64,000 bases of DNA from Balanoglossus misakiensis (Eukaryota; Animalia; Hemichordata), in contig CM082578.2 in the NCBI GenBank assembly GCA_040954595.2, forward strand, positions 7,177,519-7,241,518, in the 5' to 3' direction. Positions 1 to 12,022 of this stretch are shown piece by piece. The stretch's first letter is position 1. Each line of letters starts with the position of its first letter. Made by a program: the position numbers and the translations under genes. Under the pieces are notes generated by a model, which saw only the letters and a list, made by a program, of their open reading frames with translations, searched no databases and was not told the origin of the DNA.

Positions 1-457
1 GTATAATAATGTTTGGACCAAGAATAGCACAGAAAATGAACCATTTCTGATACAACAAGCAATGTACTCTTGTTGACATTGTTCAAGGCTGCAAAAAAAA
101 AAAAAAAAAATGCAGATTTTGCCATTTTATCAAAATCACATTATATTTGGGGAAATCTAGTATATTGTCAAATTTTCAATAAGCATCGTCCATAGTTTAC
201 ATATGTCGTGCAGTAAGACATGGGGGTTGCATGGCAAACTAAATCTATATTAAGAAAATCAGTGAACCCAGTACTATTGGTCATCATCCATATAAATATG
301 GTACTTATTGTTTGTTGAGATTTTTTTCACTACACATGTAGGCTTGACTTCAGTGGCTGACAACGATGAATTTTACACACTGTCTTCTAAATTAGACTAG
401 TGCGGCTGGTTTTCCTAATCTATTACATTTTTGACTCTTCTTTTCCTATTCCAATAG

Positions 458-621
458 ATGGGACGGTAATCACCAAATGGCCCATGTCAAAAACCATGGA
501 AGTGGGCGAAAGCACAACACTAGACTGCCGTGCCACCAGCGATCCACTGTTGGATCTCACCTACATCTGGATGTTGGACAACCGGCAGATTGACATCGAC
601 GAAGATCCTCACTATAAAAGG
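458..621 (+). CDS. CNTN: Contactin exon: first half of last Ig domain (GTVITKWP...LDCRATSDPLLDLTYIWMLD...HYKR)
   Basis: ccaatag| acceptor, AGG|gtacgt donor; Ig Cys and Trp present. Confidence 0.92.
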
Positions 622-3600
622 GTACGTCACTGTTTAATAATCACCTAGGGGGGGCATGAATAATTAAGATATGTGAATGGATAATACCATGGATGAGGTG
701 GGTTCATGTACTCCCTAGGATTTTGGGAAAGTGAAAGTGCTAATTTGCATAACAATGCAATTAATTATTATGTTAATTAAGTTATATTGTCTTCTCAAAA
801 TTAAAGAGTGGTGGCCACCATTGCTCTGGGGAGAGCACTAGAGTGAAAACAGTCATTGAATAAAAAATGGGCCATATGTGTCATGTCCTATGAAATTATA
901 ACTTGTCAATGAATCAACTCCACTAATACGTTACTTAACATCTGGTTAGATTAGTATCTGACAATTAACCCGTGGTGGCCTTATCTCATGTTCCTTGTCC
1001 TTTTCACCTCAGTTGAAGGATGGAAACTTGGAGATTGTGGATGCTGGTTTGCAGCATGGGGGTGTGTACAAATGCGTTGCACTCACCACCATCGATGAAG
1101 TCTCCAGGTCTGCCAGTGTTATCATAAAAGGTGAGCTCATGTACAACTTGATGAGTACCATAAAGACCATATTTAACCCTTTGGAGGGGTCCGATGTTGC
1201 AATGCTGAAAAACAATGAAGTTGTACCAAACCATGGTTATTTGCTGGATATTTCTCCATAGAGTTGGATGAAACTTCTTTCTTTCATTCTGTGTTTAATA
1301 TATCCAGCATCAAAATGAAATCACTTTTTTCTGCATCGAGATTAACCAACACATTTGTTCCGCTTCTACACAGGCCCACCTGGTCCACCAGCTGGGGTGA
1401 TAGCATCTGATGTAACAGCCAACTCTTGCCAACTCCGATGGAGTAAAGGATCTGAAAGTAACGACCCGATTAAAAGCTACACCATAGAATCCAGGACAGG
1501 CTATGAACCAGAGTGGGTTGTGGAAAGAGACAGTAAGTTGATGATTGACATTCATGATTTGTTGTTGAGGGACAAGTGCCAACAGTGAAGTGGTTAGAAT
1601 AGTGAGTTTTTGCCACCTTAGGTCTCTCCTGAACATCCAAACCACAGAATATCAAATCCGGGCAGCCCCTATTTTATTGTGTGTTAAAGGGGATTCCTGG
1701 GACCTTTGACTTATCTTTCCCGCCCCCCCCCCCCCCCCCCTTCCCCCTTTACAAAGACCTTAACCCTCTCCCCCTACTTAAAATGGTGTCATGTAATTCT
1801 CTTTGCCTCTTTGGTCAATTTATCACAGGGTGTCATGAGAAAAATGCTCATTTTTAAAAAGCTACTAAAAGGGTAAAATATTTATGTATAAAGAGATTTT
1901 TGTGGATGTTGTTCTCAAATTCATCCTGATTTTACAGACATACCACCCACTGGTTTGTCGGTCGGCCTCAACAACCTGTCTCCATGGAGTGAATACGAGT
2001 TCCGGGTCATTGCTACTAATGACATTGGCAGAGGACAGCCCAGTCGCCCTTCAGAAGTCTACAACACTCAACAGGATAGTAAGTCATACACTTCCTTATT
2101 GTTGACAACTTTTTTTTAAGACAACAGCTATGATTTCAATAGAATATCGGCCTGTCTGTGAAGGACACTTTCCAAGTACCTTTTTCCATTCCAGGAGTCC
2201 TTAATCAACAGGTTTCTAAATGGTGTGCTGAAAATGATTGGTTTGAAAATGCCAGAATTATTAAAAGTATCCTGATTCTGTTTTGGCCTCATGAATGGTC
2301 CCTACACTAGAGTTTCTTGTTCGTCCAGTCTTAATGTCTAAACTTCATTTTCTGCCCCTTACAGAGCCCTACAATGCACCAAGGAATGTTGGAGGTGGCG
2401 GGGGACAACTTGGAGATCTCCGCATCACATGGGATGTAAGTAGAAACTTTTGACTTTAATCATATTTTTGGGTTTCTACAACAACTGCCCACATTAAATG
2501 AAATATGCATTGTTAACATACAAGTCCTGGTAATCTCAATTTGTGTATACTGTAGTCATAACCTGCAAATACTTCAGTGATAGAATTTTGAACACCCACT
2601 CCTGTCATCTAAATATTTAGGATGGTTTCACGTAATCACTGCACAAGCATTCTTGGGGAAAATGGCCATTCTTACCCCAAACATTTCTGGAAGAAGGGGC
2701 CAGAATTGGTCAGTTTAGAGAAATGTCAATGTATATGAGACAAGTTTGATGTTCCTTCCCGTTCACTGAAATATTCCTCTTGTGTCTCCCCACCCCCGAC
2801 CAGCCTTTATCACGACAAGAGCAGAATGCGGGCGGCGTGGGATACGACGTGTACTGGAAGCGACTGGGTGCATCGGGAGTCTTTTCATCAGAGAGGGTGT
2901 ACGTGCAAACCGAGGGTGTGTACACTGTCAAGGATGTGCCCACTTATGTTGAGTATCAAGTACGGGTGGGTGCGTTCAACTCCTATGGAAGTGGTCCCAA
3001 CAGCACCATCACCACTGTGTATTCCCACGAAGCAGGTAAATGACGCTGTGTGTTCAAATTAGATTCCTCCAGCGAGAGAGTAACATGAGGAGATGTGTGG
3101 AAATGGAATGTTCAGTTGATCCTGTGTGTGTGTGTATGTCATGTGTTGCATTATGAAGATTTTCTTGACAACTATTGCATGGTGTGTTTGTACTTCATGG
3201 TTTTGTACGATACACCACAGAAAATTCCTTAAAACTTTATAATAAGCTTGAAAAGACAAACTGAGTCTTGTTTATAACTACAGGAAAGTTGATCTGATCC
3301 GTTTATCCTGCAACTTTGATCAGTAGCCAAAAGATTATCTGTACAAAGCTTGTGAAATTTGACATTTGCTTCACTGAAGGTATCCTTAAAAATGTGGTAA
3401 AACCACAGAAAGTTGAATGTCATGACAAAATGTGGAAGAAATTGTTTGTTTGATTACTCAATGTGCCTGTTTTCATTCCTTCTACAGCTCCAACTGATTA
3501 CCCGCGTGATGTAACAGCTGAAGCCCGGTCTGGCAGTGAAATTAAGGTTACCTGGAGACGCATCAGTCTGACAAATTTGAAGGGAAAACTTGGAGGCTAT

Positions 3601-5243
3601 AAGGTAAAGAGAAATATATCATCTTGATATTTAGGAGTTAGGTGAAATTTTTGTCTTTGCCGTTAAAACCTGGCCGCCACATTAGGATCTCAGCTTTTCA
3701 AATCAGTTTGGTGTCTTTCCACTTTCTAATGTAATAAATGTGGGTTTAAATCAACCATTTGGCGACAACAGTGTGCTCCACTGGCTCGACAAACTCACTA
3801 GTGACTCAAAAAAATTATCCACACTACATGCAGTGGGATAGGGCTGACTCTGAGAAATTTTTAGAAATCCTCAAATTGACTCAAAGCTATGTTGTTAGAG
3901 GGCACATTGGGCAACAATTACCATGCTTTGGTTTTGGTATCTTTAATACTCATATTTTTTTGTTTTATTTGTGAAGATTCATTACTGGCCCTCGAACGAC
4001 GGCTCAGAAGCCACGGCGTCAATAGCAACAAGCCCAGGTGTTGGTACCAGCCACACTGTGACAGGTCTTGAGCCACGCACAGAGTATCAAGTCATAGTGT
4101 TGGCCTACAGCGGAGGTGGAAATGGACCAGCCAGTCGGAATCCTGTGACTGTCACCACAAAGAAGGCCGGTAAGTAGAACAGCGCCCTCTGTCACTCAAC
4201 ACATGCAAACTTTTGTCCATATTGAAAATTGTACTGCATGCTATCAGCACAACCTTGCTTGTAAGTTTCATAGCGCCCCCAATCCCTTAACATATGTAAA
4301 CTATTGTCTACAGTCGCCCAGAACATGACACTGTGATATGAAGTTTGTGAGAGTATGACCTGTATGAGGAAATGTTCAGAAGAAGTTTCATGCACAATTG
4401 TCAGTGACTGATTATTTGTCCCCGTTATTTTATACTCATCCCTTAAGAAATTTCAGAAAAGATGTTCCAGGTTTATCATCAACATCCAAACTCTTGAAAT
4501 TAAAATAAGCAATCCTCTGTTATTTTCCATTTTACACAGCTCCTCTGCAGGCTCCATACAATGTGAAAGCATCACTGCTATCAAGAGACAGTGTGTCAGT
4601 CACATGGAATGAAATCAGTATCTCTAGGTATGAAGAACCTTTGGAAGGATACAAGGTAAGCTGCTGTAATGGGCAACATCCTTCAGTAAGAAAGAAAAAC
4701 TTCACTGTTCTAAAGAGTAATGGTTCAAAATTTTGCAATAACACATTTTCCTGTGTTGCTTTCCCCATCTAGATTCTTTACTACCTTGACGGGCGTTTTG
4801 AGCGTGACGCCCAGAAAGTCACGGTGAAGGGCAGTGACACCACCAAAGGGACAGTCAGTGGGTTGCAGCTGGGCCGAGCCTATCTGGTGCAAGTTCAAGG
4901 TTACAGTGAAGGGGGAGACGGCGTGACCAGTGAACCTATCAAAGTGGAAATGTGTAAGTGATGGTTTCTTGTTAGGGTTTTGCGCAGAGAAGACACGCAC
5001 AGTAAGATAGAACAGCCTGTCTAGAATAGTGATTCTATCAAGTTATGTGGGGTTAGTACTAGTACGTTCCAGGTAAATCTAGAAAAATCATGGTTACTGA
5101 ACAGTCAATTACATTGGTCTGTCTCTCTCTCTTTTCCAGATGGCGCAAGACCATTGGTTGGAGGAGCTCCCAGCATGCACTGCATCTCAATCTCATTGCT
5201 GTCAATCATCTGTCTGTTGCATATTTTCAAGTATCTGTGGTAA
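458..5243 (+). CDS. CNTN: Contactin-family Ig/FN3 GPI-anchored adhesion protein, 3' part; 11 coding exons: 458-621, 1013-1130, 1374-1532, 1938-2078, 2365-2435, 2804-3035, 3488-3603, 3977-4169, 4540-4655, 4773-4953, 5140-5243; 5' exons lie upstream of the window
   Basis: All exons have AG/GT boundaries with compatible phases and join into one open frame (1595 nt). Content: Ig domain, four FN3 repeats including the contactin-typical motifs LSPWSEYEFRVIATNDIG and PRNVGGGGGQLGDLRITWD, and a hydrophobic C-terminal tail with no cytoplasmic domain. Confidence 0.93.
1013..1130 (+). CDS. CNTN: Contactin exon: second half of Ig domain (LKDGNLEIVDAGLQHGGVYKCVALT...IIK)
   Basis: cctcag| acceptor, AAG|gtgagc donor; GxYxC Ig motif. 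Confidence 0.92.
1374..1532 (+). CDS. CNTN: Contactin exon: FN3-1 N-half (GPPGPPAGV...LRWSKG...YTIESRT...)
   Basis: acacag| acceptor, ACA|gtaagt donor; phase 1/1. Confidence 0.92.
1938..2078 (+). CDS. CNTN: Contactin exon: FN3-1 C-half (NIPPTGLSVGLNNLSPWSEYEFRVIATNDIGRGQPSRPS...)
   Basis: tttacag| acceptor, ATA|gtaagt donor; the coding frame differs from the ORF track entry at 1884. Confidence 0.92.
2365..2435 (+). CDS. CNTN: Contactin exon: FN3-2 start (KPYNAPRNVGGGGGQLGDLRITWD)
   Basis: ttacag| acceptor, GAT|gtaagt donor; glycine-run motif characteristic of contactins; absent from the ORF track. Confidence 0.92.
2804..3035 (+). CDS. CNTN: Contactin exon: FN3-2 body (PLSRQEQNAGGVGYDVYWKR...EYQVRVGAFNSYGSGPNS...YSHEA)
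   Basis: gaccag| acceptor, CAG|gtaaat donor. Confidence 0.92.
3488..3603 (+). CDS. CNTN: Contactin exon: FN3-3 N-half (APTDYPRDVTAEARSGSEIKVTW...GGYK)
   Basis: ctacag| acceptor, AAG|gtaaag donor; absent from the ORF track. Confidence 0.92.
3977..4169 (+). CDS. CNTN: Contactin exon: FN3-3 C-half (IHYWP...VTGLEPRTEYQVIVLAYSGGGNGPAS...TTKKA)
   Basis: gtgaag| acceptor after a T-rich tract, CCG|gtaagt donor. Confidence 0.92.
4540..4655 (+). CDS. CNTN: Contactin exon: FN3-4 N-half (APLQAPYNVKAS...VTWNE...EEPLEGYK)
   Basis: acacag| acceptor, AAG|gtaagc donor. Confidence 0.92.
4773..4953 (+). CDS. CNTN: Contactin exon: FN3-4 C-half (ILYYLDG...YLVQVQGYSEGGDGVTSEPIKVEM)
   Basis: atctag| acceptor, TGT|gtaagt donor; the GGDG motif is typical of the last contactin FN3. 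Confidence 0.92.
5140..5243 (+). CDS. CNTN: Contactin terminal coding exon: GPI-anchor signal (YGARPLVGGAPSMHCISISLLSIICLLHIFKYLW*)
   Basis: Strong polypyrimidine tract and ttccag| acceptor, phase 1; small residues, spacer, hydrophobic tail, TAA at 5241-5243. Confidence 0.88.
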
Positions 5244-5487
5244 CCAAAACAACAAAGTTTCTTTTTTTAAAATGGGTAAATGTTAGACTCTTGAGAAGGG
5301 GGGGGGGGGGGGAGATGTGGATTTGATCATGTGATTTCAGACCTTATTGAACAAATTTTAGACCTCTAACAAAACTCTCTATCAAAGGATTTAGATAATC
5401 AGATTTCGGTGAGCACATTAGTACTTACTAATTTTGGTTAGAATCTGGATGGTGGTTATTTCAATTTTTTTCTCTCCAAGAATGGGC

Positions 5488-5493
5488 AATAAA
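5488..5493 (+). promoter_or_regulatory. Candidate proximal polyadenylation signal for contactin (another AATAAA at 8293-8298)
   Basis: AATAAA hexamer 245 nt after the stop codon; which site is used cannot be determined from sequence. Confidence 0.3.
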
Positions 5494-8400
5494 TGTACAT
5501 GTCAGTGCCCGGAACAAACTGCCATGTCGGTTAATAGGATAGATACAAGTATTTTTTTTTAACTTTCTTAGGTGATGACATGTTTTATGCAACTTGTTAC
5601 TAGGGTATGCATTTTAGACACACCTTGACTGTTACTATGTTTTGAGCCAAGGAGGCTTGGTGAAGGTCAACCTGTGGTCGCATTTGTTCTCCTCGATCCC
5701 GATTGGTCAAATATCACAGCATATGCAAAGTGTATGTAAATTTTTCTGACAAGGTTGTTTTCTAACACAATTTGAATCAGTGGTCGTAAAGGGCAGTCAT
5801 ACATGTTAATGGTGCAGTTAAGGTTGGATTTTTTTTTATGTTTATGTGTAATCGGGTAGCACTTAGCGGAATTTATAGCTAAGCCTGGTACATGACATCA
5901 TGGCCCCATTGTGATGACAGACAGAATGCTTACATGACCTGAACACTTACAAAGCCACAGATGGCAGGCAGGCAAGGGATGGGAGACACAAAATCACAAC
6001 TACAGAACGACTCTTCCCAACTACATCCCAGTTTATTTATGAGTTTCTCACCATATTTGAAAGGTCAAAGTTTTTTTTTTCCAGATGCTTTGTAAATAGT
6101 ATTGCCCCGTTTGGTGAGACAGCTCTGAGAGAGTTTTTTTTTTTTTGTAAAACAGCATTTCTTTGGCTGATTTAAGCTCATTTTGACAAGTTTTTTTCAT
6201 TTCACATAAGTCGGTATTTAACATTTCTTTTATATTTTCAAGCAGAGTGGACATAACTATTCACGATACCTGTAATAACTATTATTTACTTTTCACTACC
6301 ATTTTTTACTGACATAGTTATGAATGCTCTGTTAGGTCTATTAGAATTTTAGAATTTGAAATAATGCGAAAATCTTTCAACATCATGGCTCTTATCTGGC
6401 TAACAAAACTATGGCATAGTTGTAAATTTTGTTGACAAAATACGAGAAAATATTTAAAAAAACTGGTTTTTCTTCTTAATATCTTTTGAATGAATAGCAG
6501 CAGTCTTTGATAGAATTTTTAACAAAAAATATGGCAATACGAGTTGTGAGGCCTGTCTGGAGAATGAAGTGTACCATACTTTCTATGAGATGTAATAATA
6601 ATGGCAAACTGCGTAATTTACTGTGTAGTAAGTAATATATCAAGTGGAGTGCAAATGACAGCTTGGAGTGACTAGGGACGAGACAAATCCGCTCTCTTCT
6701 GCTTTTGTGATTTCACACAGGTCAGCTTGTCATGCGACAACTCAGCCGTCACCATGTTGTATATAATCCTTTTTAAAGACACTTTGGGTTTCATCCCGGA
6801 ATCATGACTCTTGCAGATTTTCAGAATACTTGGATTTTAATACCTCTGTCAGTTCTTGTCCCATTTTGCAAAAAAATAATAATAAACTACATCTACATGT
6901 ACAATGTCTGATTATCCTCGTCATATCGCGTTGAACCTACCCTACCCCCCATTTCATAGTGTAGTGGTCTTGTAATCTCAGCATTTGGGATGGTCGGGTG
7001 AAACCACAGCTCAGCAGTGAGGTGGGTCACCCCAGTCTGTCATCCCTGTTTTCTGGATCTGTAAACCATTGCAAGCAAATTGGGTTTCAGCAAATGTCAT
7101 GTTTTCAGTGTAAATTAAAAAAATTGGTTTTAAATATCTGTAGAAAATGTATGTGCATAACTGACAAATCAAATAACCAGGATAATGTGTGCTTAATTTT
7201 TATCAGATGGATATATTACAATAATAATTACAGTAACATCATTATGCTAATCAGAAACTTACACAAAAGAAGATGAGTTATAATGTTACCACACAGTCAG
7301 AGGTGTTTTTTTTTTTGGAGAAATTTCTGCTGTTTTTAATCTTTGATAAAAATTGATTGAAGCAAAGAGAGAATTTTAGATCATTGTCAATACATGTAGT
7401 ATATTCCAGTCCTCATGCAGGTAGTCTTAAAAATTCACCATTTCTGACAATAGCATTCTTAGCATCCGGAAGTGTATGTTATTAATTTTTTCAGAATTTT
7501 GATGGTTAGAGCAGACAACAGTATGTGATTTTTAGTCTGATAGACATCATTAGATGGAATGTGAATTACATGTATATCATCTGATCTTTCCCTCTTAAAC
7601 AGAGAACCGAGTCCATTAATGTATCATCTTTATGCAAATCACCGAAAACATTTGTAGCAATTTTCAAACTACATTGCAAAGCCGTGTCATTCTGACCTTT
7701 TTTTTTCGCTGTTGACCCACTTCGCCACCTGCTTTACCCCGGTGTCGCGATGAAGTGCCCCTCGCGACGAACTCAAGTTCGTCGCGTTTTTCTGACGGAA
7801 AATTGAATTTTTAATGGATTCCGGGATGCCGTGCAAGTGATTAAGATCCTGCTGGGCGAGGGGCGGGCGGAACACAAAGAGGCAAGAGAGCAAGGCCACT
7901 GTGATTACTCATGGCGTCAATTAACTGTCAGTGTGTCTGTCTACGTTGCTTTAACTCAGCGAGCACATGCACACACTCCAAACACTCGGCATTCATTTCA
8001 TACGTAGCAGACAGAAACTTTACAATAGGGGTGTGCAGAACCTTTGTTCAAATTAAATTCTTGTTACCGCCACCATCCGCGAACAAAAGAGAGTTTCTCC
8101 GTCATTCAGACGAAAGAAAAACAAGATTACTTGCTCAATTGTTTTATCTCTGAATTCAGTATTACACCAGAACAATAACAGTTTGCTTTGTCTCATAAGT
8201 CTAAATATTTAATGAAAAAAAGCAGAAATCTTTGTCAGTGTCTGTGTGGAATGTTTTTCTTTTATACAATCTGTATGATAATCCAATAATGTAATAAAAG
8301 GCTGAGTGACAGGCAGAGAATTCAGACATGGGCTGATTGTTTCTGTTTTTTCGCTGTTCTTTCTACCGCCACTGAAGGGGCTCGCGTTTATTGATTGAAG

Positions 8401-8929
8401 CCCCTTTAAAAAACCGTCTGTCAGTCACATTGATCCCCCCAGACCTCGGTCCTCCCCCCTCGCCAATCTCACAAAAGACGACATAGATTTTATTTATTAC
8501 TGCGGAAGGAAATTCAACAATACCCGGATCACTTTGACGGTGAAATTGATGGTGTCTCATCTGCCAGATCACGATGACATCTGTCAATCATTATTTGTGT
8601 CGGATCCACCAGCTTTTTGCAGAAAAGCAGACCCCAGGATCCAAAGAAACTGGTTCTGGTGTGCGGGTGTGGTTCAATGCCTCAAATTTCCTGTTCATTT
8701 TCTCGTTTGAAACAGATGCGACATGACGTTGCGTTTTCCACCCTTGCCTTCCTGAGTTTAACTCATTGAAAGCAGGCTTTAACACTCACACTTGCATTTA
8801 CAAAGCTATGATCATGTCATGTACGCATGTATGCATGAAGTGACTATTAATATAAGAGCAACTCAGGGCAGCGAAAACAACTGCACTTGTCATTATCTGT
8901 ATGATACAAAGGGAACCAATGTACATATA

Positions 8930-9540
8930 CCGTAGTTTGCCGGGTAAGAGCCCCTGCTCGGACAAACGCCCCCCCCCTGGTTTTAGGGCCCATTTGTAGA
9001 TCGAGGCCATATCCGGTCTAAAGCCCCCCCCCCCCCGGGCGAATATCCATTAAATTCTTGGAAATTTAATAAAGTGCAATGCAAAAAAGGCGGATTTTCA
9101 TCCCCAAAGTCACTAAAAGTGAAAAAAAAAATGTATGATGATTTACTTTCGCGCTGATTATCGTACCCACCGCGGCCGACTGGCCACGCTGAGTTATATA
9201 TAGCCGCTCTAGAAAACATGACCTCAGACAGGTCCCTCGGGACCGTGCCTCGAATTCAACGATCACGTAGATGGACGCGCTGCCGCGTGTGAGGTCACCG
9301 GGGAGCTTTCCAAAGCGGCCGCGTGGAGCTGCTTCAGTCCGTCCTCGACGCGAAACACCCAACATTGGAAGATCCCGACTTGGACTCGGAGAATGAACCA
9401 CTCAAAAATTTGCATAAAAGTCGAGGTGGCCATCCCTCATTTGCATAAATCTCGAGGCCATATCCGGGCTAAAGCCCCCCCCCTGTTTTTTCGCTAATCT
9501 GTTGGCCCAGCACCCGGGGCTCTTACCCGGCAAACTACGG
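8930..9540. mobile_element. Non-autonomous Tc1/mariner(pogo)-type DNA transposon (MITE), 611 bp
   Basis: Perfect 25-bp TIRs CCGTAGTTTGCCGGGTAAGAGCCCC (8930-8954 and 9516-9540) flanked by TA on both sides; internal direct repeat TCGAGGCCATATCCGG(T/G)CTAAAGCCCCCC at ~9001 and ~9452. Confidence 0.9.
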
Positions 9541-9624
9541 TAGTGTTATACTCAGAAACCTGAATATATGCTATTTTTCCCTGTTTATTAAAAAATAATT
9601 TTTCATCCATCCAACGAGCGAATA

Positions 9625-9720
9625 TAGCCCATTCCCGGGATGAGATACCCACCTCTTCTGGGTATTAGGGAGAAGCAATGAGAAGTAAAGTGCCTTGCTC
9701 AAGGGCACAACACCGCGGCC
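9625..9720 (-). mobile_element. SINE fragment (tRNA-derived SINE, MetaSINE-like body)
   Basis: Minus strand reads GTTGTGCCCTTGAGCAAGGCACTTTACTTCTCATTGCTTCTC...ACCCAG...GGGTA, resembling the conserved segment that follows the tRNA head in many metazoan SINEs; head not clearly intact. Confidence 0.6.
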
Positions 9721-10087
9721 ATTTTGAATTCCTGATATGTCTATGTCTCAAACTTGTTGTTTATCCTGTGTCACGTGAGAAAGTCTTCCCATATACATGT
9801 ATACTACCCAGACAAGCGAGATCTCGCAGGGTCTCGTGTGGTTTGGAAAGGTCTATTGGCGTATCAGTGAGATTGCCCATCCCAGGGAACTGCATGCAGG
9901 GATAGATGACTCTTTCGGTCGCCTTTTTTAAGTGCAAGTGTGACCTTCGAAGCACTGCGTGGTTGTCTGCAACGTGTCCGTTTCTGGGATGTGGGCAAAA
10001 AAAAACCCTGCTGGACAATGGTCTGCAGTTTGTCTTTTGGATTCCCCGCTTTCTTGTAGCCCTGGATACAGGTCTGTGACCGTGCGT

Positions 10088-10430
10088 TACTTGTGGTGGG
10101 GGCCGTGTAACGTCGGGAACACACAGACCTGTACGCAGGGCCGGATTTCTTTGAAGTTGTAATACTGGTGGCATTCTAAACAAGCCGTCTGAACTAATCG
10201 CTTGGTGATTTTTTGTCTTTCAAAAATCTCGAAACTGTTCGTCTATTTGCTAGCTTTCAGCAAGTTTATGGTGCTGAGCTGAGTTTATAATTCGGTTACC
10301 GTCCACCACAAGCTGTGCATAGAGATACTCGGAACAAAATTTTCTGAAATGTATTCATTATGAAATAATGACTCCCATAAACTTGGAACCAGTCTAGTAG
10401 CATTCCTGAGAGGTCAGTAACCCAAACACA
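10088..10430 (-). pseudogene. Degenerate relic of a transposase-like protein C-terminus (DUF7869/integrase-like family resemblance)
   Basis: Frameshifted minus-strand peptides: VWVTDLSGMLLDWFQ / IHFRKF / STINLLKAS / ISSDGL / LECHQYYNFKEIRPCV / VPDVTRPPP; recognised by eye only. Confidence 0.4.
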
Positions 10431-11949
10431 TATTGGGTGGTCCCCCATACGCAGGCTCACAAGTAGGTGTGAAATTTACCCAATGTCTACACAGCACCTT
10501 CAAATTGAAAATCATTTGTTGGCAATCACTGTACCATGTGCTGTTGCCGCGTTTTCTGTCTCGTCTTCCCACCTAGACCTCTACCTGTCATACCTGTGTA
10601 CAAAATGGTATCACCTAAACACTTGCTACCATTTCATACCTTGCCACACGGGAAGATCATGGGAAGATATACTAGTATGAATTTTACTAGGCTATTCTGC
10701 CAAATTCCCTGAATTTACGCTGTCAAAATGATTATTTCATTTGTATGAACGTTACATGTCTATCAAATGCATTTAAATAGCAGTCATAAATCGAAAAAAT
10801 TGACATGCTACCTTGTGGCCAAAATGGATCTTATCACAATGCAAATCATGTAAATTTTCTTGCATATACGTAGAACAGTGTCTTACAGATCATGTCTGAC
10901 TTTTTGCTTTACCATGCCTTCCCTTTCCCTCTGTCACTCAACGGCAGTGGTGTCGTTTTGAACCTATAATTAATCACACACTACTTGTCAAGAACATTTG
11001 AAAACGAGATTACTTGAGCAGTGTTGTCTCAGTAGCCAATTAAGATGGATTAATCGATTGTTAAATCAATGATGTTTCGTTGTTTTAAGACACACCACCA
11101 TTTTCATGGTGCTTACTCTGAGATTTTACAATCGAAAAAAGCAGGTGTCCGTAAGCTGACAGCTAAACAAATTACCTGCACATCATATGCATGACTGTGA
11201 AATACCTGTACACCTACACAGGCTGTCTACCACAGTACAGACTGTCAGAGTAGCCGCCTAAATCGATTTTCCAATCTATGTTTTGTCAAAATACCATGGT
11301 ATTCGTAATAATAGTCCTTCAAACTTTCACAGCTCGGCGATATAAAAATTCGTGTAACACGTCGCAGAGCATATACATATTATACCGGAAAAGTTTCATC
11401 GGAGTATTGTTGAGGATACACGTAGTTGTAAATTATTCGAAATTTCCTCTTGGTTTTTATCTTCCAACCAGAAGGAGCGAAAAAAACATGTCCGGATCAT
11501 TGTGCGTAGCAGCCCCGTGAGAAAAAATCCGAGTTTTTATGAACAATTCAGCGCGTTGTATTTTCACAAAATCTCACAAACAGCAACACATCTTTTCAAG
11601 TTACCTGTGTTGAAAAAAAGTAAGCTTATTATGTAATGCCTTCTCACCGGCATCACGGCGAGACAGACGAAAAGACAAAGCTACAGCCATCTATTCCTGA
11701 CAACATAATCGCCAGATTTCAATATACATCGTGGTATACGCATAGCACTCTGGTATTAGTTAAATCCTTATTTGCTGTACCTCGAATAGTACTTATATCC
11801 TTTGTTTTGTATACTTTTTGCCACAATTTTACTCTCACTTACTTTTATTTTTAGCCCCCTTCTTTAGGAGCCTTTGGGAATTTTCTTTGGGGTTCAAAAC
11901 ACCATTTTCATTTTCTTCCGAATCGTAAGTTACCGTGACCAAATAAGCC

Positions 11950-12022
11950 ACTGACTGACTGACTGACTGACTCACTCACTCACTCACTCACTCACTCACT
12001 CACTCACCCACTCACTCACTCA
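11950..12022 (+). repeat. Compound tetranucleotide microsatellite (ACTG)n(ACTC)n
   Basis: Directly visible. Confidence 0.95.

Noticed and set aside
644-719. Short imperfect inverted repeat (CCTAGGG...CATGAA / TTCATG...CCCTAGG) in a contactin intron
   Set aside because: Too short and mismatched to call as an element from a single copy.
4540-4550. Second AG acceptor 11 nt into a contactin exon
   Set aside because: It would shift the frame; the upstream AG gives the correct FN3 sequence.
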